DNA from: Candidatus Multivoradales bacterium
GTDB taxonomy: Bacteria; Acidobacteriota; Thermoanaerobaculia; Multivoradales; JAHEKO01
Length of the DNA stretch: 64,000 nt
Assembly: GCA_965248055.1 (NCBI GenBank)
Contig: CBDFIJ010000004.1
Location: forward strand, 320,001-384,000
Reading direction: 5' to 3'
How positions within the stretch are numbered: the stretch's first letter is position 1; each line of letters opens with the position of its first letter. Both the position numbers and the translations under genes were made by a program. Shown here piece by piece: positions 7,960-18,302 of this stretch. The notes under the pieces are model-generated. The model saw only the letters and a program-made list of their open reading frames with translations. It was not told the origin of the DNA and made no database searches.

Positions 7960-9540
7960 ATGCCATGTGCTGTTCTCTACTGCCGGGTTTCCAGCCAGAA
8001 ACAAGTTCGTGAAGGACATGGACTCAGTTCTCAAGAAACCACTTGCCGGCAATACGCTCGGGAACAGGGACTCACCGTTACTCGTGTTTTTACCGATGAT
8101 GCTTCGGGAGGAGGTGATTTCTGGAAACGTCCTGGGATCTGTCAGCTCCTTGCATTCCTCGAAGAACAGGAAGAGAAGAAATACGCCGTTGTCTTTGATG
8201 ACATTAAGAGATTTGCCCGCGACACGGTGTTCCACCTAAAACTGCGTCAGGAACTGGCGGTGAGAAACGCCTATCCCCTCTGCCCCACGTTCCGGTTTGA
8301 TGATTCTCCAGAAGGGGCATTTGTAGAAACGGTCATTGCGGCGACGGCAGAACTCGAGCGCAAGCAGAACCGACGGCAGGTCATTCGTCGGATGAAGGCA
8401 CGCCTTCAAGCCGGGTACTGGGTCTTCGGTCCTCCACTCGGATATCGGTATGGGAAGCAACGAGGACAGAAGATTCTTGTTCCAGATGCACCGGTATCTG
8501 ATGCCGTGACGGAGGCTTTGGAAAAATATGCTTCTGGAGAACTGCCCACGCAGCGAAGTGTCGGACGCTTTCTTCAACAACAAGGGTGCTCACGGCACTC
8601 GTCAACACACCGGTCAGTCCCGGCAGAAACCATACGGCGATTGCTCAGCAATGAGATCTATTCCGGCTGGTGTGTTTGCACCAAATGGAATCTGCGGGTG
8701 AAGGGAATTCATAAGGCGCTTATTAGCGAAGAAACCCATCGAAGGATTCTCAGCAGACTCGATCACCGGAAGAAAACGAAGGGAGTGAAGTGTCTCAAGA
8801 AAAGGGAAGAATTTCCCCTGCGAGGATTCCTGCGATGCACTCGATGTGATCGGCAGGTTTCTTCCTATTGGGCCAAAGGACGAAGCAAACGATACGCCTA
8901 CTACGGGTGCCCGAATCCCGGGTGTTTCACCATACGGAAAGAGAAGATGGAGGATCAGTTTCTTGATCGATTGCAGCAGGCCGTGCCTTCTGCAGGCTCT
9001 GTAAAACTCCTTGAAACCGTTTTGACCGATGCCTTCCAGAACAAACAGACCTTGCGGGACATCAACCGAACCGGTCAGCGAAAAGAAAAAGTGACCATCC
9101 AGAAAAAAATAGATACGTGTCTCGAAGCACTGGAGAACGCCTCAACGCCTGCTGTCCGACAGATCTATGAAGAACGGATCGAGACCCTGCAAGCCGAACT
9201 CGATCGGCTGGCAACAGCAAGAAGCGATGAAGCGCAATACACTCTTGAACCACTCCTCACCAGTGGCAGAGCCATTCTGCAAAACCCGGTGCGAACCTGG
9301 AAAAACAGCGATCTGAGCCGTCGCCAGATTATCCAGAAGCTTGTCTTCATCCCGCCTATTGCGTATCACAGAGAATCAGGACTTCGAACCGCTCGATTCT
9401 CGCTTCTCTACCGTCTCATCCGGCAGTCGGAAAAGGGGAAATCCTGTTTGGTGGACCTCGTTACATCGCAGATAAACCCGGTAGCCGAGGAGTTGCATCG
9501 TTGGGAAATCGTGCTGCGAGGAGAGAAACCGGCAGCCTGA
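7960..9540 (+). CDS. large serine recombinase (resolvase, recombinase, Zn-ribbon, coiled coil)
   Basis: YCRVSS catalytic Ser; DDIKRFARD; PLGY; CTRC...CPNPGC zinc ribbon. Confidence 0.93.
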   Translation: MPCAVLYCRVSSQKQVREGHGLSSQETTCRQYAREQGLTVTRVFTDDASGGGDFWKRPGICQLLAFLEEQEEKKYAVVFDDIKRFARDTVFHLKLRQELAVRNAYPLCPTFRFDDSPEGAFVETVIAATAELERKQNRRQVIRRMKARLQAGYWVFGPPLGYRYGKQRGQKILVPDAPVSDAVTEALEKYASGELPTQRSVGRFLQQQGCSRHSSTHRSVPAETIRRLLSNEIYSGWCVCTKWNLRVKGIHKALISEETHRRILSRLDHRKKTKGVKCLKKREEFPLRGFLRCTRCDRQVSSYWAKGRSKRYAYYGCPNPGCFTIRKEKMEDQFLDRLQQAVPSAGSVKLLETVLTDAFQNKQTLRDINRTGQRKEKVTIQKKIDTCLEALENASTPAVRQIYEERIETLQAELDRLATARSDEAQYTLEPLLTSGRAILQNPVRTWKNSDLSRRQIIQKLVFIPPIAYHRESGLRTARFSLLYRLIRQSEKGKSCLVDLVTSQINPVAEELHRWEIVLRGEKPAA

Positions 9541-9620
9541 ATCTGGTTTCTTCGCAGACCGGGGAGCGACGAAGGACGTTCTTTACAGTACGCCTGAGTA
9601 CGATGGAAGTCCATGTGAAG

Positions 9621-9641
9621 TGGTTACTCAATGGTTACTTC
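9621..9641 (+). promoter_or_regulatory. putative integrase arm-type binding sites
   Basis: TGGTTACTCA-A-TGGTTACTTC, 11-bp period. Confidence 0.65.
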
Positions 9642-9686
9642 TCAAATGCAGATCGTGATGTATTTTTCCGTAAGTCTTTTAGAATG

Positions 9687-9762
9687 TGGAGCCGGCACTC
9701 GGATTCGAACCGAGGACCTGCTGATTACAAGTCAGCTGCTCTAGCCCCTGAGCTATGCCGGC
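9687..9762 (-). tRNA. tRNA-Thr(UGU)
   Basis: GCCGGCATAGCTCAGGGGCTAGAGCAGCTGACT-TGT-AATCAGCAGGTCCTCGGTTCGAATCCGAGTGCCGGCTCCA; 76-nt cloverleaf with encoded CCA. Confidence 0.97.
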
Positions 9763-9959
9763 TACCGTCCTACCTTCGGGAATAGTAGCAACCTGCGTCG
9801 CAAGGGTGAGACTAAATCGCGAGCCTACTGGTCCTGGGACTGGCCAGACAGACGATCAATAGCGCTAGTGTATTTAGTCACATAGCTTTTGGAGCACTAA
9901 TCCATAACATTCCTTCGCAAGGTCGGTTGGAGGGTACCGGGTTTCGTCTTAGGAGGACC

Positions 9960-10607
9960 GTGCAGTATCAATACAATCTTTGCTGCCGTCGAGTCGCGCT
10001 TTTGAAGTGCGCTGGGTTCTCGCTATTGGAGTTACTTGTCACTCTCGCGGTTTTCTCGGTCGCGCTAACCGCCCTTATTCCATCGCTTCACCAGCAATTC
10101 GAGCGGGCCAAGTTTTTTGGTGTCGCCCGTGAAGTTGGTGCCGGTGCTCGACTGTCACGGTCGACAGCGATCAAAATACATTCGCCTGTAGTTCTGGTAG
10201 TCAACCCGGTTACCGGCACTTTGATGTCTTATGTAGATGTCAACAGGAACGACATTTTCGACCCCGACTCGACTAAGCCAAAAGGAACCGTTGACTACCA
10301 AGTGATGCGCTTGCGCCTCAACGGTGTTATCGGCCTGGGAGCCCCTACCGGGGAATTTCTGATCGAGGGATTCGAACCACAACTAAACGGTAGGAAAACG
10401 GTTTTTGGTGCCAACGGCACAGTGTCTACCACAGGAGCGGTCCGACTATCTGATGGACAAGAGAATTTCTTGGAGGTCAGGATCGCTCCATTGGGAACCG
10501 CCCGCGTGAGTCTTCGGAAATACGATGTCACTCGACCTGCCAACGAGGAAGGGACGCACTGGTATGGGCGTCGTGAAGGTGGCCAAGCATGGCGATGGAA
10601 CTCGTAG
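9960..10607 (+). CDS. FimT/FimU-like type IV minor pilin
   Basis: Prepilin site AG/FSLLELLV; AGGAGG RBS before GTG 9960. Confidence 0.8.
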   Translation: MQYQYNLCCRRVALLKCAGFSLLELLVTLAVFSVALTALIPSLHQQFERAKFFGVAREVGAGARLSRSTAIKIHSPVVLVVNPVTGTLMSYVDVNRNDIFDPDSTKPKGTVDYQVMRLRLNGVIGLGAPTGEFLIEGFEPQLNGRKTVFGANGTVSTTGAVRLSDGQENFLEVRIAPLGTARVSLRKYDVTRPANEEGTHWYGRREGGQAWRWNS

Positions 10608-11164
10608 ATACCCAACCCCAAAGCGGTGTTAGTTTGATCGAAGTGCTGATCGCGCAACTCGTGGCATTGGTCGCACTGCTAGGAATCTTGCCGCTTTTCT
10701 TTGGTGGTATCCGCGACAATCTTCAGGCACGTGAACTCGCGGCGGTGTCAAATTATGCGCGGTCGGAATTGGAGTCAAAGCTAGCGTTCGGAGCGTCGCA
10801 CTGGACGATGCAATTGCAAAATGGAGTCGAATCCTTGAGCACCGAATCCCTGGGCATAGGAACGCGTGCCATTGGGGATGAGCACTGGGGTGGAGCCGGT
10901 CTACAACGCTACGCTCGGGAAACGCGGGTCGGATTGTACTCTCTCGGAACGGTGCAGGACGTCTCAGGTAACGGTGTGGTTGATCAGATTTCCGGCATTG
11001 GCGACGATGACAATGACGGGATACTCGATAGCCCCCTCCTGGCTGGTTCCTCACCCAATCTTGTCCACCTGCGAATGCTGGATGTACTGGTCGATAATGT
11101 GCGCACCAGCGGACCTCTGGGAAGCTCTAGGGATCTGGAAGTAAGGTTATTCATCGGCTTCTAA
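10589..11164 (+). CDS. pilV: PilV-like minor pilin
   Basis: SG/VSLIEVLIA prepilin motif; position in operon. Confidence 0.75.
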   Translation: MAMELVDTQPQSGVSLIEVLIAQLVALVALLGILPLFFGGIRDNLQARELAAVSNYARSELESKLAFGASHWTMQLQNGVESLSTESLGIGTRAIGDEHWGGAGLQRYARETRVGLYSLGTVQDVSGNGVVDQISGIGDDDNDGILDSPLLAGSSPNLVHLRMLDVLVDNVRTSGPLGSSRDLEVRLFIGF

Positions 11165-11166
11165 GA

Positions 11167-12549
11167 ATGAACCGACGACCTTTAGAAGTGCTCCCCCAGG
11201 CCGGCTTCAGTCTCATTGAGTTGGTCATCAGCTTGATTCTCTCGGTGGGGTTGCTGACCGTAGTACTTACTGCCTTCGCATCCACCAACGAACTAGCTCG
11301 CTCGCACATATCCCTGGCGGAGTCGCAGCAGTCGGGGCGAATCGCGATGCATGAGGTTTCCCGACTCGTCCGCATGGCCGGACGAGGAGGCCTGAACGGT
11401 CGCCTGATCCCTGATCCAGCTGGCACACCCAACGTCGTCTCTAGCTCGGCACTTGAGGTTCGAGACAACGTAGGATTCGCGGGCACTTCTACCGAAGTTC
11501 TAATCGGATGGCCGGCATCGCCCACCGCCATCTACGGCAGCGACATTTTGACGGTGCGGGGCGTCATGAACGGCACCATGTACCAACTCGCGATTGGTTC
11601 ATCCTTTACCCTAATGGATCAATCTGGGGTGCCCGCCACTCCTGATACGGCGGCGCAAGGGGCTCTCTTGGTTCGCTCAGTCAACCCGGCGGGATTGGCG
11701 CAAGACTTGGAAAAGCTACTAAGTGCTGTTGAGGGCGGGCAAACCGTACCACTGCTGCTGGTTTCCTCCGATGAAGACAACATTCACGCAGTCGTTCAGC
11801 TGACCAACGTTGAGGTTACAGCGGAGGACGACAGTGGCGGGCCACAGGAGGTAAGACTGCGGTTCAATATCCAAAGCGGCTCGATGGAGCTAGACGGCTA
11901 CCGTTCGCTATACAACGCCAACACACCTGGGCTACCGGCCGCTCTCCGCAGCGTTTCTCTGGTCGGTGTTGTTGAGGAACACCGTTTCTTTGTTCGGGAG
12001 AGCTACAGCGTCGCCGGAGATACCAGTTCGGAGGTGCGTCACAAACTGGCCGTGATGCGCGTGTTGCCTGGAAGCGAAGCTCCGATGGGTGACATTTCGA
12101 GCGCTACACAAGATGTCGTTGATGACATATCTGCTTTTCAAGTCGCCCTTGGGTTCCTATCGATTCTCGGTCCTCCTCCCATTGACCGCAATAACGATGG
12201 GCAGATCACCATAGACGACCAAGAAATCAACGAATCAACCACTGGCGATAATGACGACTGGTTATTCAATGGCCCGTCTGACGACCCGACCGATCCAGCT
12301 CAACCTTGGGGTCCTCCGTGGGACGACGATCCAGTCACGCCAGCGCCACCACAACCCAAACTGATCGCCCTGAGAATTTCAGCTCTGGTTCGCAGTGACA
12401 GACCGGACCCCGGCTATTTCGCACCCCAGGTCACTCAGATCGAAAACGCCATTTACTCGGACCCAGGGCTACGGTATTGGAACAGTGAATTTGAAAGGCA
12501 CTTTCGCCGACAGTTGGTGCGAACCGTGGTCGAGCCGCGCAACCTATGA
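11167..12549 (+). CDS. pilW: PilW-like minor pilin
   Basis: AG/FSLIELVIS; LVRMAG motif; C-terminal PRNL. Confidence 0.8.
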   Translation: MNRRPLEVLPQAGFSLIELVISLILSVGLLTVVLTAFASTNELARSHISLAESQQSGRIAMHEVSRLVRMAGRGGLNGRLIPDPAGTPNVVSSSALEVRDNVGFAGTSTEVLIGWPASPTAIYGSDILTVRGVMNGTMYQLAIGSSFTLMDQSGVPATPDTAAQGALLVRSVNPAGLAQDLEKLLSAVEGGQTVPLLLVSSDEDNIHAVVQLTNVEVTAEDDSGGPQEVRLRFNIQSGSMELDGYRSLYNANTPGLPAALRSVSLVGVVEEHRFFVRESYSVAGDTSSEVRHKLAVMRVLPGSEAPMGDISSATQDVVDDISAFQVALGFLSILGPPPIDRNNDGQITIDDQEINESTTGDNDDWLFNGPSDDPTDPAQPWGPPWDDDPVTPAPPQPKLIALRISALVRSDRPDPGYFAPQVTQIENAIYSDPGLRYWNSEFERHFRRQLVRTVVEPRNL

Positions 12550-13073
12550 GAACGCCTTCCCGCACCTTCGGTTTTGCCTACATTGGGGTCATGTTGGTAC
12601 TGCTGCTTCTCACAATCATTGCGATCGCGTTTGTCCAGGTCACTCAGAACGAAAAGAGGATCGCCAACAACGAGCGGTCGGCCCAAAGAGTCCAGTACGC
12701 TGCCGAAAGCGGGATTCATATTGCGGTCGCCAAGTACATTGTGTCCACCGACGTACGTCCGATGCAGCTTGAGTTTAGGGAGCCAGGTCGAGATCGACCC
12801 GGCAGGGTTGCGATTGACCAACGGATCGAGGTCACTCCACTAGTGCCGATCGCCAACTCACCGTGCAACTACTGCCAGGTCAACCCTGAAGACCCCTTCG
12901 TCAGAGTTACCCAGGTATTGAATTCAACCGCCACCAGAGTGGGCGCGGTCAATGGTGAGGTACTCGCCAGTCAATCCTTGTCGGTGATGATTGGTGTGCA
13001 GCCGGCTAGGCCATCCGCCGCTAGTTCCCGCGATGCAATGGTTCGATTAGGAGACCATGAGATTGTCTATTAA
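12546..13073 (+). CDS. pilX: PilX-like minor pilin
   Basis: G/FAYIGVML lacking Glu5; YAAESG motif. Confidence 0.8.
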   Translation: MRTPSRTFGFAYIGVMLVLLLLTIIAIAFVQVTQNEKRIANNERSAQRVQYAAESGIHIAVAKYIVSTDVRPMQLEFREPGRDRPGRVAIDQRIEVTPLVPIANSPCNYCQVNPEDPFVRVTQVLNSTATRVGAVNGEVLASQSLSVMIGVQPARPSAASSRDAMVRLGDHEIVY

Positions 13074-16000
13074 GCGCAAGATTCTGGGTTCGGCGATCAT
13101 GACGTTGGCCGCCGCTGGTTTGTGGCCAGCATTCGCTGACGACCGGGATCTATTTCGCGAGACCACAGACGATCCATACATCTTTGTCATTTTCGACGTT
13201 TCTGGGTCAATGAACTGGGCTCCAGGCACGGATGGCTTCGCCGCGGCTACCGGAGACGATCCTGGCTCCAAGCTATACCAAGCGAAATCCGCTCTCTACC
13301 GCACCTTGCTGGATGAAGATCTCAATGGGGTTCGCTGGGGGTTTGCCACTTACAACCGCGATGCTCACCGGATCTACCGAAAGCACTGGCTCTACACTCC
13401 GACATCCGCTCCCGCCTGGGCAAATCGTGTACCGTTCCCTCTTCCCGGGGACGCCAAGGTCTTTGGCGACCCTTGTTACGACGACTCGGATAGCGACACC
13501 TCGTGCGACTTTGACAGCAACACGACGCTGGGGAGTTGTAACTCGGTACGCGATCTCGCCAACGCCGAAAGCAAAGGTGAGGTCATGACCTATCCGGTAT
13601 TGGGGGACAACCCTACACCGTCGAGTACTACATGGCAGTCCGCTCAGTGGATTCGATATCAGTCGACAAGATATCGCGTTTTGTGGGGACTCCGTGCAGG
13701 TACTCTCGGTGATCCAGGCATTCAAGTTGATGTCATGCTGCAGGAAGTAAATTCCTCTTGCACTGCAATCGTCTCCCAGGAAACTGCGGAACTGGAGTTT
13801 GAGCCAATGTTCTCGGAGGACGAAACCGGAAGGCCCCTTGACGGAGCGACAGGTTTTATCGACTGGGAGATAGACAGCCATGTTGACAATCAAGGCAACC
13901 CGGGAGGCTTTTTTGGCGCTTTGGACTCGACCGCAACCAACACTTGCGCCGGTTGGGAGCCCAATACCGACTTGGCTTCGGATTCCGCAGTCGGGGCATC
14001 TTTGATCTACCCTTCGATCCAGGACCCAGCGAATCGACCAGATATATTCAACCGTGGCGATGTGATCCCGCTCGACTGGCAAGATGAATCTGTCTGGCCG
14101 ACCACTAATCGTGATCTGATCCTCGCCCGGCTGGCACCCAATCTCGCCACCGGAGCGTCAATTCCCGACTTCCGTATTGCGCCTTACTTCAAAAATCACC
14201 CCGACACCCTGAAACCAGTTGGTACAACCGGTCACTTAAGCTTGCTCCCGCAGTATCAAGACACACCGCCCTTGTTCGGATTCGGGGCTACTCCCATCGG
14301 CAACTCGATGGATGATTTTGGCAGTTGGATTGAACAATGGTTTGTAACCGCTGACAGCGCAGATGGAGACCAGAACCTAGCCTGTCGGCCGATCACCCTG
14401 TTGATTCTCACAGACGGTGACGAGACCTGTTTCGACGACACCGACAACAACCCAGCTACCGGCACCCAGGATCAGGAAGGCGACTGGAACCCCTGCACAG
14501 TGGCAACTCGCTTGCGAACAAAAGACGACGTACGGACATTTGTGGTGGGGTTTGGAGTACAAGACTCACCAGACAATTTTCTCAGCTGCATCGCCAACAA
14601 CGGCGGAACCGGTCCCACCGACCACAACGGAGACGGCCTCGAAGATGGTCCAGGAGTGCTCTTTCCAGAAGACGAGGACTCCCTGGTTGCCTCACTTCGG
14701 CAGATCGTGCTGAGTGTCAAATCAGGTCGCCGTACCTTCACCAGTGCTTCTTCGCCGCAATCGCAAGTGAGCGTTGCAGACACTACTTTCGTCGCCAGCT
14801 TTGAACCGACCACCGGAACTGCGATCTGGCCGGGCAGACTCGACGCTTACCTCAAACCGATTCCTTTGATCTCTAAGGACCTTGAAGGAGGGCCCCAGCT
14901 GGTTCCTGATCGTGACCGGATCTGCACTGCCACCAACGATGCGAGCTGCCGCCTGTGGGATGCCGGCGAGCAACTGTTGTTGCAGGCAAGCCCCAATGCG
15001 GCGAACGGCAACTACAATCTCGGTTCCGGAGCCAACCAGCGACGCGTCTACTGGTCCAAACCAATCGCGGGCACTGCCATCAGTCAGAGGGATCTTTTTG
15101 ATCGACCTGCCAATGACACCGAATGGGATCTGCTGCTCAAAGACCTAGGACTTTGTAACAGCGACCAATCATCAGCTGAATGCTCGGCGACGGTGGAAAA
15201 GCGTCAGAAGGGCGCCGACGCGTTAGATTTCTTCCATCAAATCAAAACCACGCCCGACCCAGATGACCCGACGCTGACCATGAATTACCTGCTCGGAGAC
15301 ATTTTCCACTCTGACCCGGTGTTGGTTACTGCGCCCAACGATCAGATCTATTTCTCCCGTGATCTATTCGGATCAGGCGTTGACCCCTCTCCAGACTTTT
15401 GCTCGACATCCCCAGCCGGCTACCGCTGTTTTGCAGAGCAACATCGCAATCGCAGAAGAATGCTTCTCGCTGCATCCAATGACGGGCAGTTGCACGCCTT
15501 CGACGCCGGCATCATGCGGGGTACCTGCAGTTCGACCAACCCAGACCTGATTGAGGGAACCTACGACACCGGAACAGGCCACGAGCTGTTCTCCTTTGTG
15601 CCAAAGACAGCCCGAGAAAAGCTGGTGCGACAATCGAAGCAATTCGCACACGACTACACCGTTGACGGACCAATTCGAACCGGATCCGTGTTCATCGACG
15701 CCAAGTTCGGTGACGGAGTCGGCCCCGAGTGGCGAACGGTTGCTGTCGCCGGCGTGCGCGAAGGTGGTACCGGGTTGTTCGCGCTCGATATCACCCAACC
15801 GGATCGACTTCAAGATTGCGCCGGACTTAGCGTATTACCGGTACCCAACTCCGGATACGTGCCGTCTTGCTCCGACACCAATTGCTCACGTGATTCGTCG
15901 GCCTTCGCCGACACAATATTTCCGCTCGCTCTGTGGGAGTTTCGAGACTCGTTTGACTGCAGCGCCGGATTGGTCGACGAACAGTGCGACGATGACCAGA

Positions 16001-17169
16001 ACGGCTCTCCGGATCTGGCCGCGACTTGGTCGGTACCATCGCTCGGTCTGATCAGGGTGGTTGACCAAGGAGTGACGGTCGCTCGCTCGGTGGCAATCTT
16101 CGGTGGTGGCATGGATGCCGCCAACAAGGGTCTTCGTTTCAATACCGGCGGTAACTTTGTTTACATGGTCGACATCGAAACCGGACGGGCAATCTACAAA
16201 CAGCAGGTTCTTGGGGCTGTGCCCTCTTCAATCGCCGCTCTGGACTTGGATCAAGATGGCTTCATCGACACTGCCTACTTCGGAACCGACGCGGGCTTGG
16301 TCTACAAGATCGACCTACGAGCACCGCAGATTCTTGCAGATCAACCGAGTGGCGCTCGCAGAGTCACGGCTGCGGAATGGCAACCGTTTCCACTATTTGA
16401 CGCCGGTGAAGAACAGATTTTCTTCCGACCGGGCGTCGTTTTCGTACCCGCAGAAGGGCAATATGCACTCGCATTCGGTACCGGCGACCGCGAAGACTTG
16501 TGGCAGGAGCAAACCGAGCCGGGTCGTTTCTATTTTCTGCTTGACCAGTTCACAATCGATGGGACCGTCCGAGAAGCGAGGCGTATTGATTTTTCTGGCC
16601 CCAACGCCTTCCTACCACTAGGACGCGCGGACTACCAGGAGATTTTTCCGGACGACGCAGCACTCGACCATATTGATTTGGTCAGCCATCCAACCACCGA
16701 ATATGGTGGCTGGTACCTGACCTTGGAGGAAACTGAACGGGTAATCTCCCATTCGTTTTCCCTTGCCGGTGTTACCATTTTCAGCACCTTCATTCCGCAA
16801 GAGGACCTGAGTGGAATCGACGGAGTGTGCCGTCGCGGCGGGGTCAGCCGGGCCTTCGTAGTGCAATCCAATAACGCCGATTTTCTCGGCGAAGATGAGC
16901 GCTTTACTACGTTCAGTGATTTCCTCACCCAGCCCTATATTGACCAGGGTGCCTCCTCTAGCTCCAACGGGGATGACACCGGCGAAGCGGTCGGGGAGCT
17001 TGGCGAACGGGAAGTGCGAATCATTAACGAGCTCAAGGTCCTGCAGCCAGATGCCTGCCGGTTCCCTGGACAGACCATCAACATCAACTCCTTTAGCTCT
17101 CAAAGCGGGTACCGGTTTATCGCTCCGATTCCCATCTGTGTTATTCAGAGCAATTGGAAAGATCTATAA
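13057..17169 (+). CDS. pilY1: PilY1/PilC type IV pilus tip adhesin
   Basis: vWA MIDAS DVSGSM, TPI, LTDG; LGDIFHSDP; NDGQLHAFDAG; ELFSFVP; YTVDG; Ca loop DLDQDGFID. Confidence 0.9.
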   Translation: MRLSIKRKILGSAIMTLAAAGLWPAFADDRDLFRETTDDPYIFVIFDVSGSMNWAPGTDGFAAATGDDPGSKLYQAKSALYRTLLDEDLNGVRWGFATYNRDAHRIYRKHWLYTPTSAPAWANRVPFPLPGDAKVFGDPCYDDSDSDTSCDFDSNTTLGSCNSVRDLANAESKGEVMTYPVLGDNPTPSSTTWQSAQWIRYQSTRYRVLWGLRAGTLGDPGIQVDVMLQEVNSSCTAIVSQETAELEFEPMFSEDETGRPLDGATGFIDWEIDSHVDNQGNPGGFFGALDSTATNTCAGWEPNTDLASDSAVGASLIYPSIQDPANRPDIFNRGDVIPLDWQDESVWPTTNRDLILARLAPNLATGASIPDFRIAPYFKNHPDTLKPVGTTGHLSLLPQYQDTPPLFGFGATPIGNSMDDFGSWIEQWFVTADSADGDQNLACRPITLLILTDGDETCFDDTDNNPATGTQDQEGDWNPCTVATRLRTKDDVRTFVVGFGVQDSPDNFLSCIANNGGTGPTDHNGDGLEDGPGVLFPEDEDSLVASLRQIVLSVKSGRRTFTSASSPQSQVSVADTTFVASFEPTTGTAIWPGRLDAYLKPIPLISKDLEGGPQLVPDRDRICTATNDASCRLWDAGEQLLLQASPNAANGNYNLGSGANQRRVYWSKPIAGTAISQRDLFDRPANDTEWDLLLKDLGLCNSDQSSAECSATVEKRQKGADALDFFHQIKTTPDPDDPTLTMNYLLGDIFHSDPVLVTAPNDQIYFSRDLFGSGVDPSPDFCSTSPAGYRCFAEQHRNRRRMLLAASNDGQLHAFDAGIMRGTCSSTNPDLIEGTYDTGTGHELFSFVPKTAREKLVRQSKQFAHDYTVDGPIRTGSVFIDAKFGDGVGPEWRTVAVAGVREGGTGLFALDITQPDRLQDCAGLSVLPVPNSGYVPSCSDTNCSRDSSAFADTIFPLALWEFRDSFDCSAGLVDEQCDDDQNGSPDLAATWSVPSLGLIRVVDQGVTVARSVAIFGGGMDAANKGLRFNTGGNFVYMVDIETGRAIYKQQVLGAVPSSIAALDLDQDGFIDTAYFGTDAGLVYKIDLRAPQILADQPSGARRVTAAEWQPFPLFDAGEEQIFFRPGVVFVPAEGQYALAFGTGDREDLWQEQTEPGRFYFLLDQFTIDGTVREARRIDFSGPNAFLPLGRADYQEIFPDDAALDHIDLVSHPTTEYGGWYLTLEETERVISHSFSLAGVTIFSTFIPQEDLSGIDGVCRRGGVSRAFVVQSNNADFLGEDERFTTFSDFLTQPYIDQGASSSSNGDDTGEAVGELGEREVRIINELKVLQPDACRFPGQTININSFSSQSGYRFIAPIPICVIQSNWKDL

Positions 17170-17537
17170 GCCGCCGCAGAACTTAAGACCGGATATTTCG
17201 TCTACCGCTCAACTGATAGCAGGACGGTGATGCCGTAGATCCGCTCGGCGCGACTTATTTGTCTCTCATCAGAGGCGGAAAGTACTTTGTTACGCGATCT
17301 CAGCTAACACGACCGTCACCAACTGTACACAGTCATCTATGTCAATCTCCGCTTAGCCGCAATTTTTCTGACGAAAATTTTCTTCAGCACACAAGTCAAG
17401 CCTTCGGAATGAGGAGCATCTGCACAGGTATCTGTATTTGAAGAACTGATCAATTCTCTCCGCCGAAGTGCCAGTAGCTTAGCTAAGTTCACCCGAGGTC
17501 CGAAATTCACTTCTCAGGTAGTCCACCGTCTCATCGA

Positions 17538-18302
17538 TCACGGCGATTGCCCTCTGGACCGCTGGCGCACTGCTTCGTAGAGGATCGCGGAGGCGGCGGT
17601 GGTCAGGTTGAGGGATTCGACCTGGCCTCGCATCGGTAACCCGATCAGGCCGTCGCAACGTTCTTTGGTGAGGCGACGCAGGCCGTCTTGTTCGCCCCCG
17701 ATAGCGATCGCGACTTTGCCAGTCAGGTCCATTTCCCAAGGCGGTCGGCCGGCACCGTCGGCACCATAGACCCAAAATCCTTGCTCTTGGAGTTCTTCGA
17801 TCTGGCGTACGGAATTGGTTACTCGTTCGACGGGGAGATGCTGCGTTGCTCCGGCGGAGGTCTTGTCCACCACCGCGTCGGCTTGGGTGGAGCCGTGGTC
17901 TCGGACCAGGACCCGGGCGACGCCAGCAGCTTCGCAAACGCGAACCAACGCCCCTAGGTTACGCGGATCTTGGATGTCTTCGGCGAGCACTACCAGATCT
18001 TGGTCGCGGGCACCGGAATCCGCCTGTTCGTTGTCGGCCTCGGTGAGTTCAGCGGCAAATCCATTGTGCACCGAATGGCTGTGGGGCGAGCTGATGCCAG
18101 TAGTCGCGTGTGTGGCAGAAGCCAGGCTGTCGAACCACGCAGTCTCGGTCGACTCGCAGGTCACCCCATGAGTCGCACATAGCTCTTCAACGGTCCGACG
18201 CCGACGATTCTGTTTATTCTGGTCGATACGCACGCGCACCACGGCCTGCGGTTTGGATCGCAGTGCTTCCCGGATCGGGTGGAAACCGTATATCCAGCCC
18301 AT
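17538..18302 (-). CDS. rlmB: 23S rRNA Gm2251 methyltransferase
   Basis: DPRNLGALVR, SAGA, GGEQDGL, ESLN SPOUT motifs. Confidence 0.92.
   Translation of the reverse strand: MGWIYGFHPIREALRSKPQAVVRVRIDQNKQNRRRRTVEELCATHGVTCESTETAWFDSLASATHATTGISSPHSHSVHNGFAAELTEADNEQADSGARDQDLVVLAEDIQDPRNLGALVRVCEAAGVARVLVRDHGSTQADAVVDKTSAGATQHLPVERVTNSVRQIEELQEQGFWVYGADGAGRPPWEMDLTGKVAIAIGGEQDGLRRLTKERCDGLIGLPMRGQVESLNLTTAASAILYEAVRQRSRGQSP

Larger units (their letters stand above)
1853..9735. mobile_element. genomic island integrated at tRNA-Thr(UGU)
   Basis: Bounded by tRNA 3'-end direct repeats; tyrosine integrase next to the left att; paired arm-type repeats inside both ends. Confidence 0.92.
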
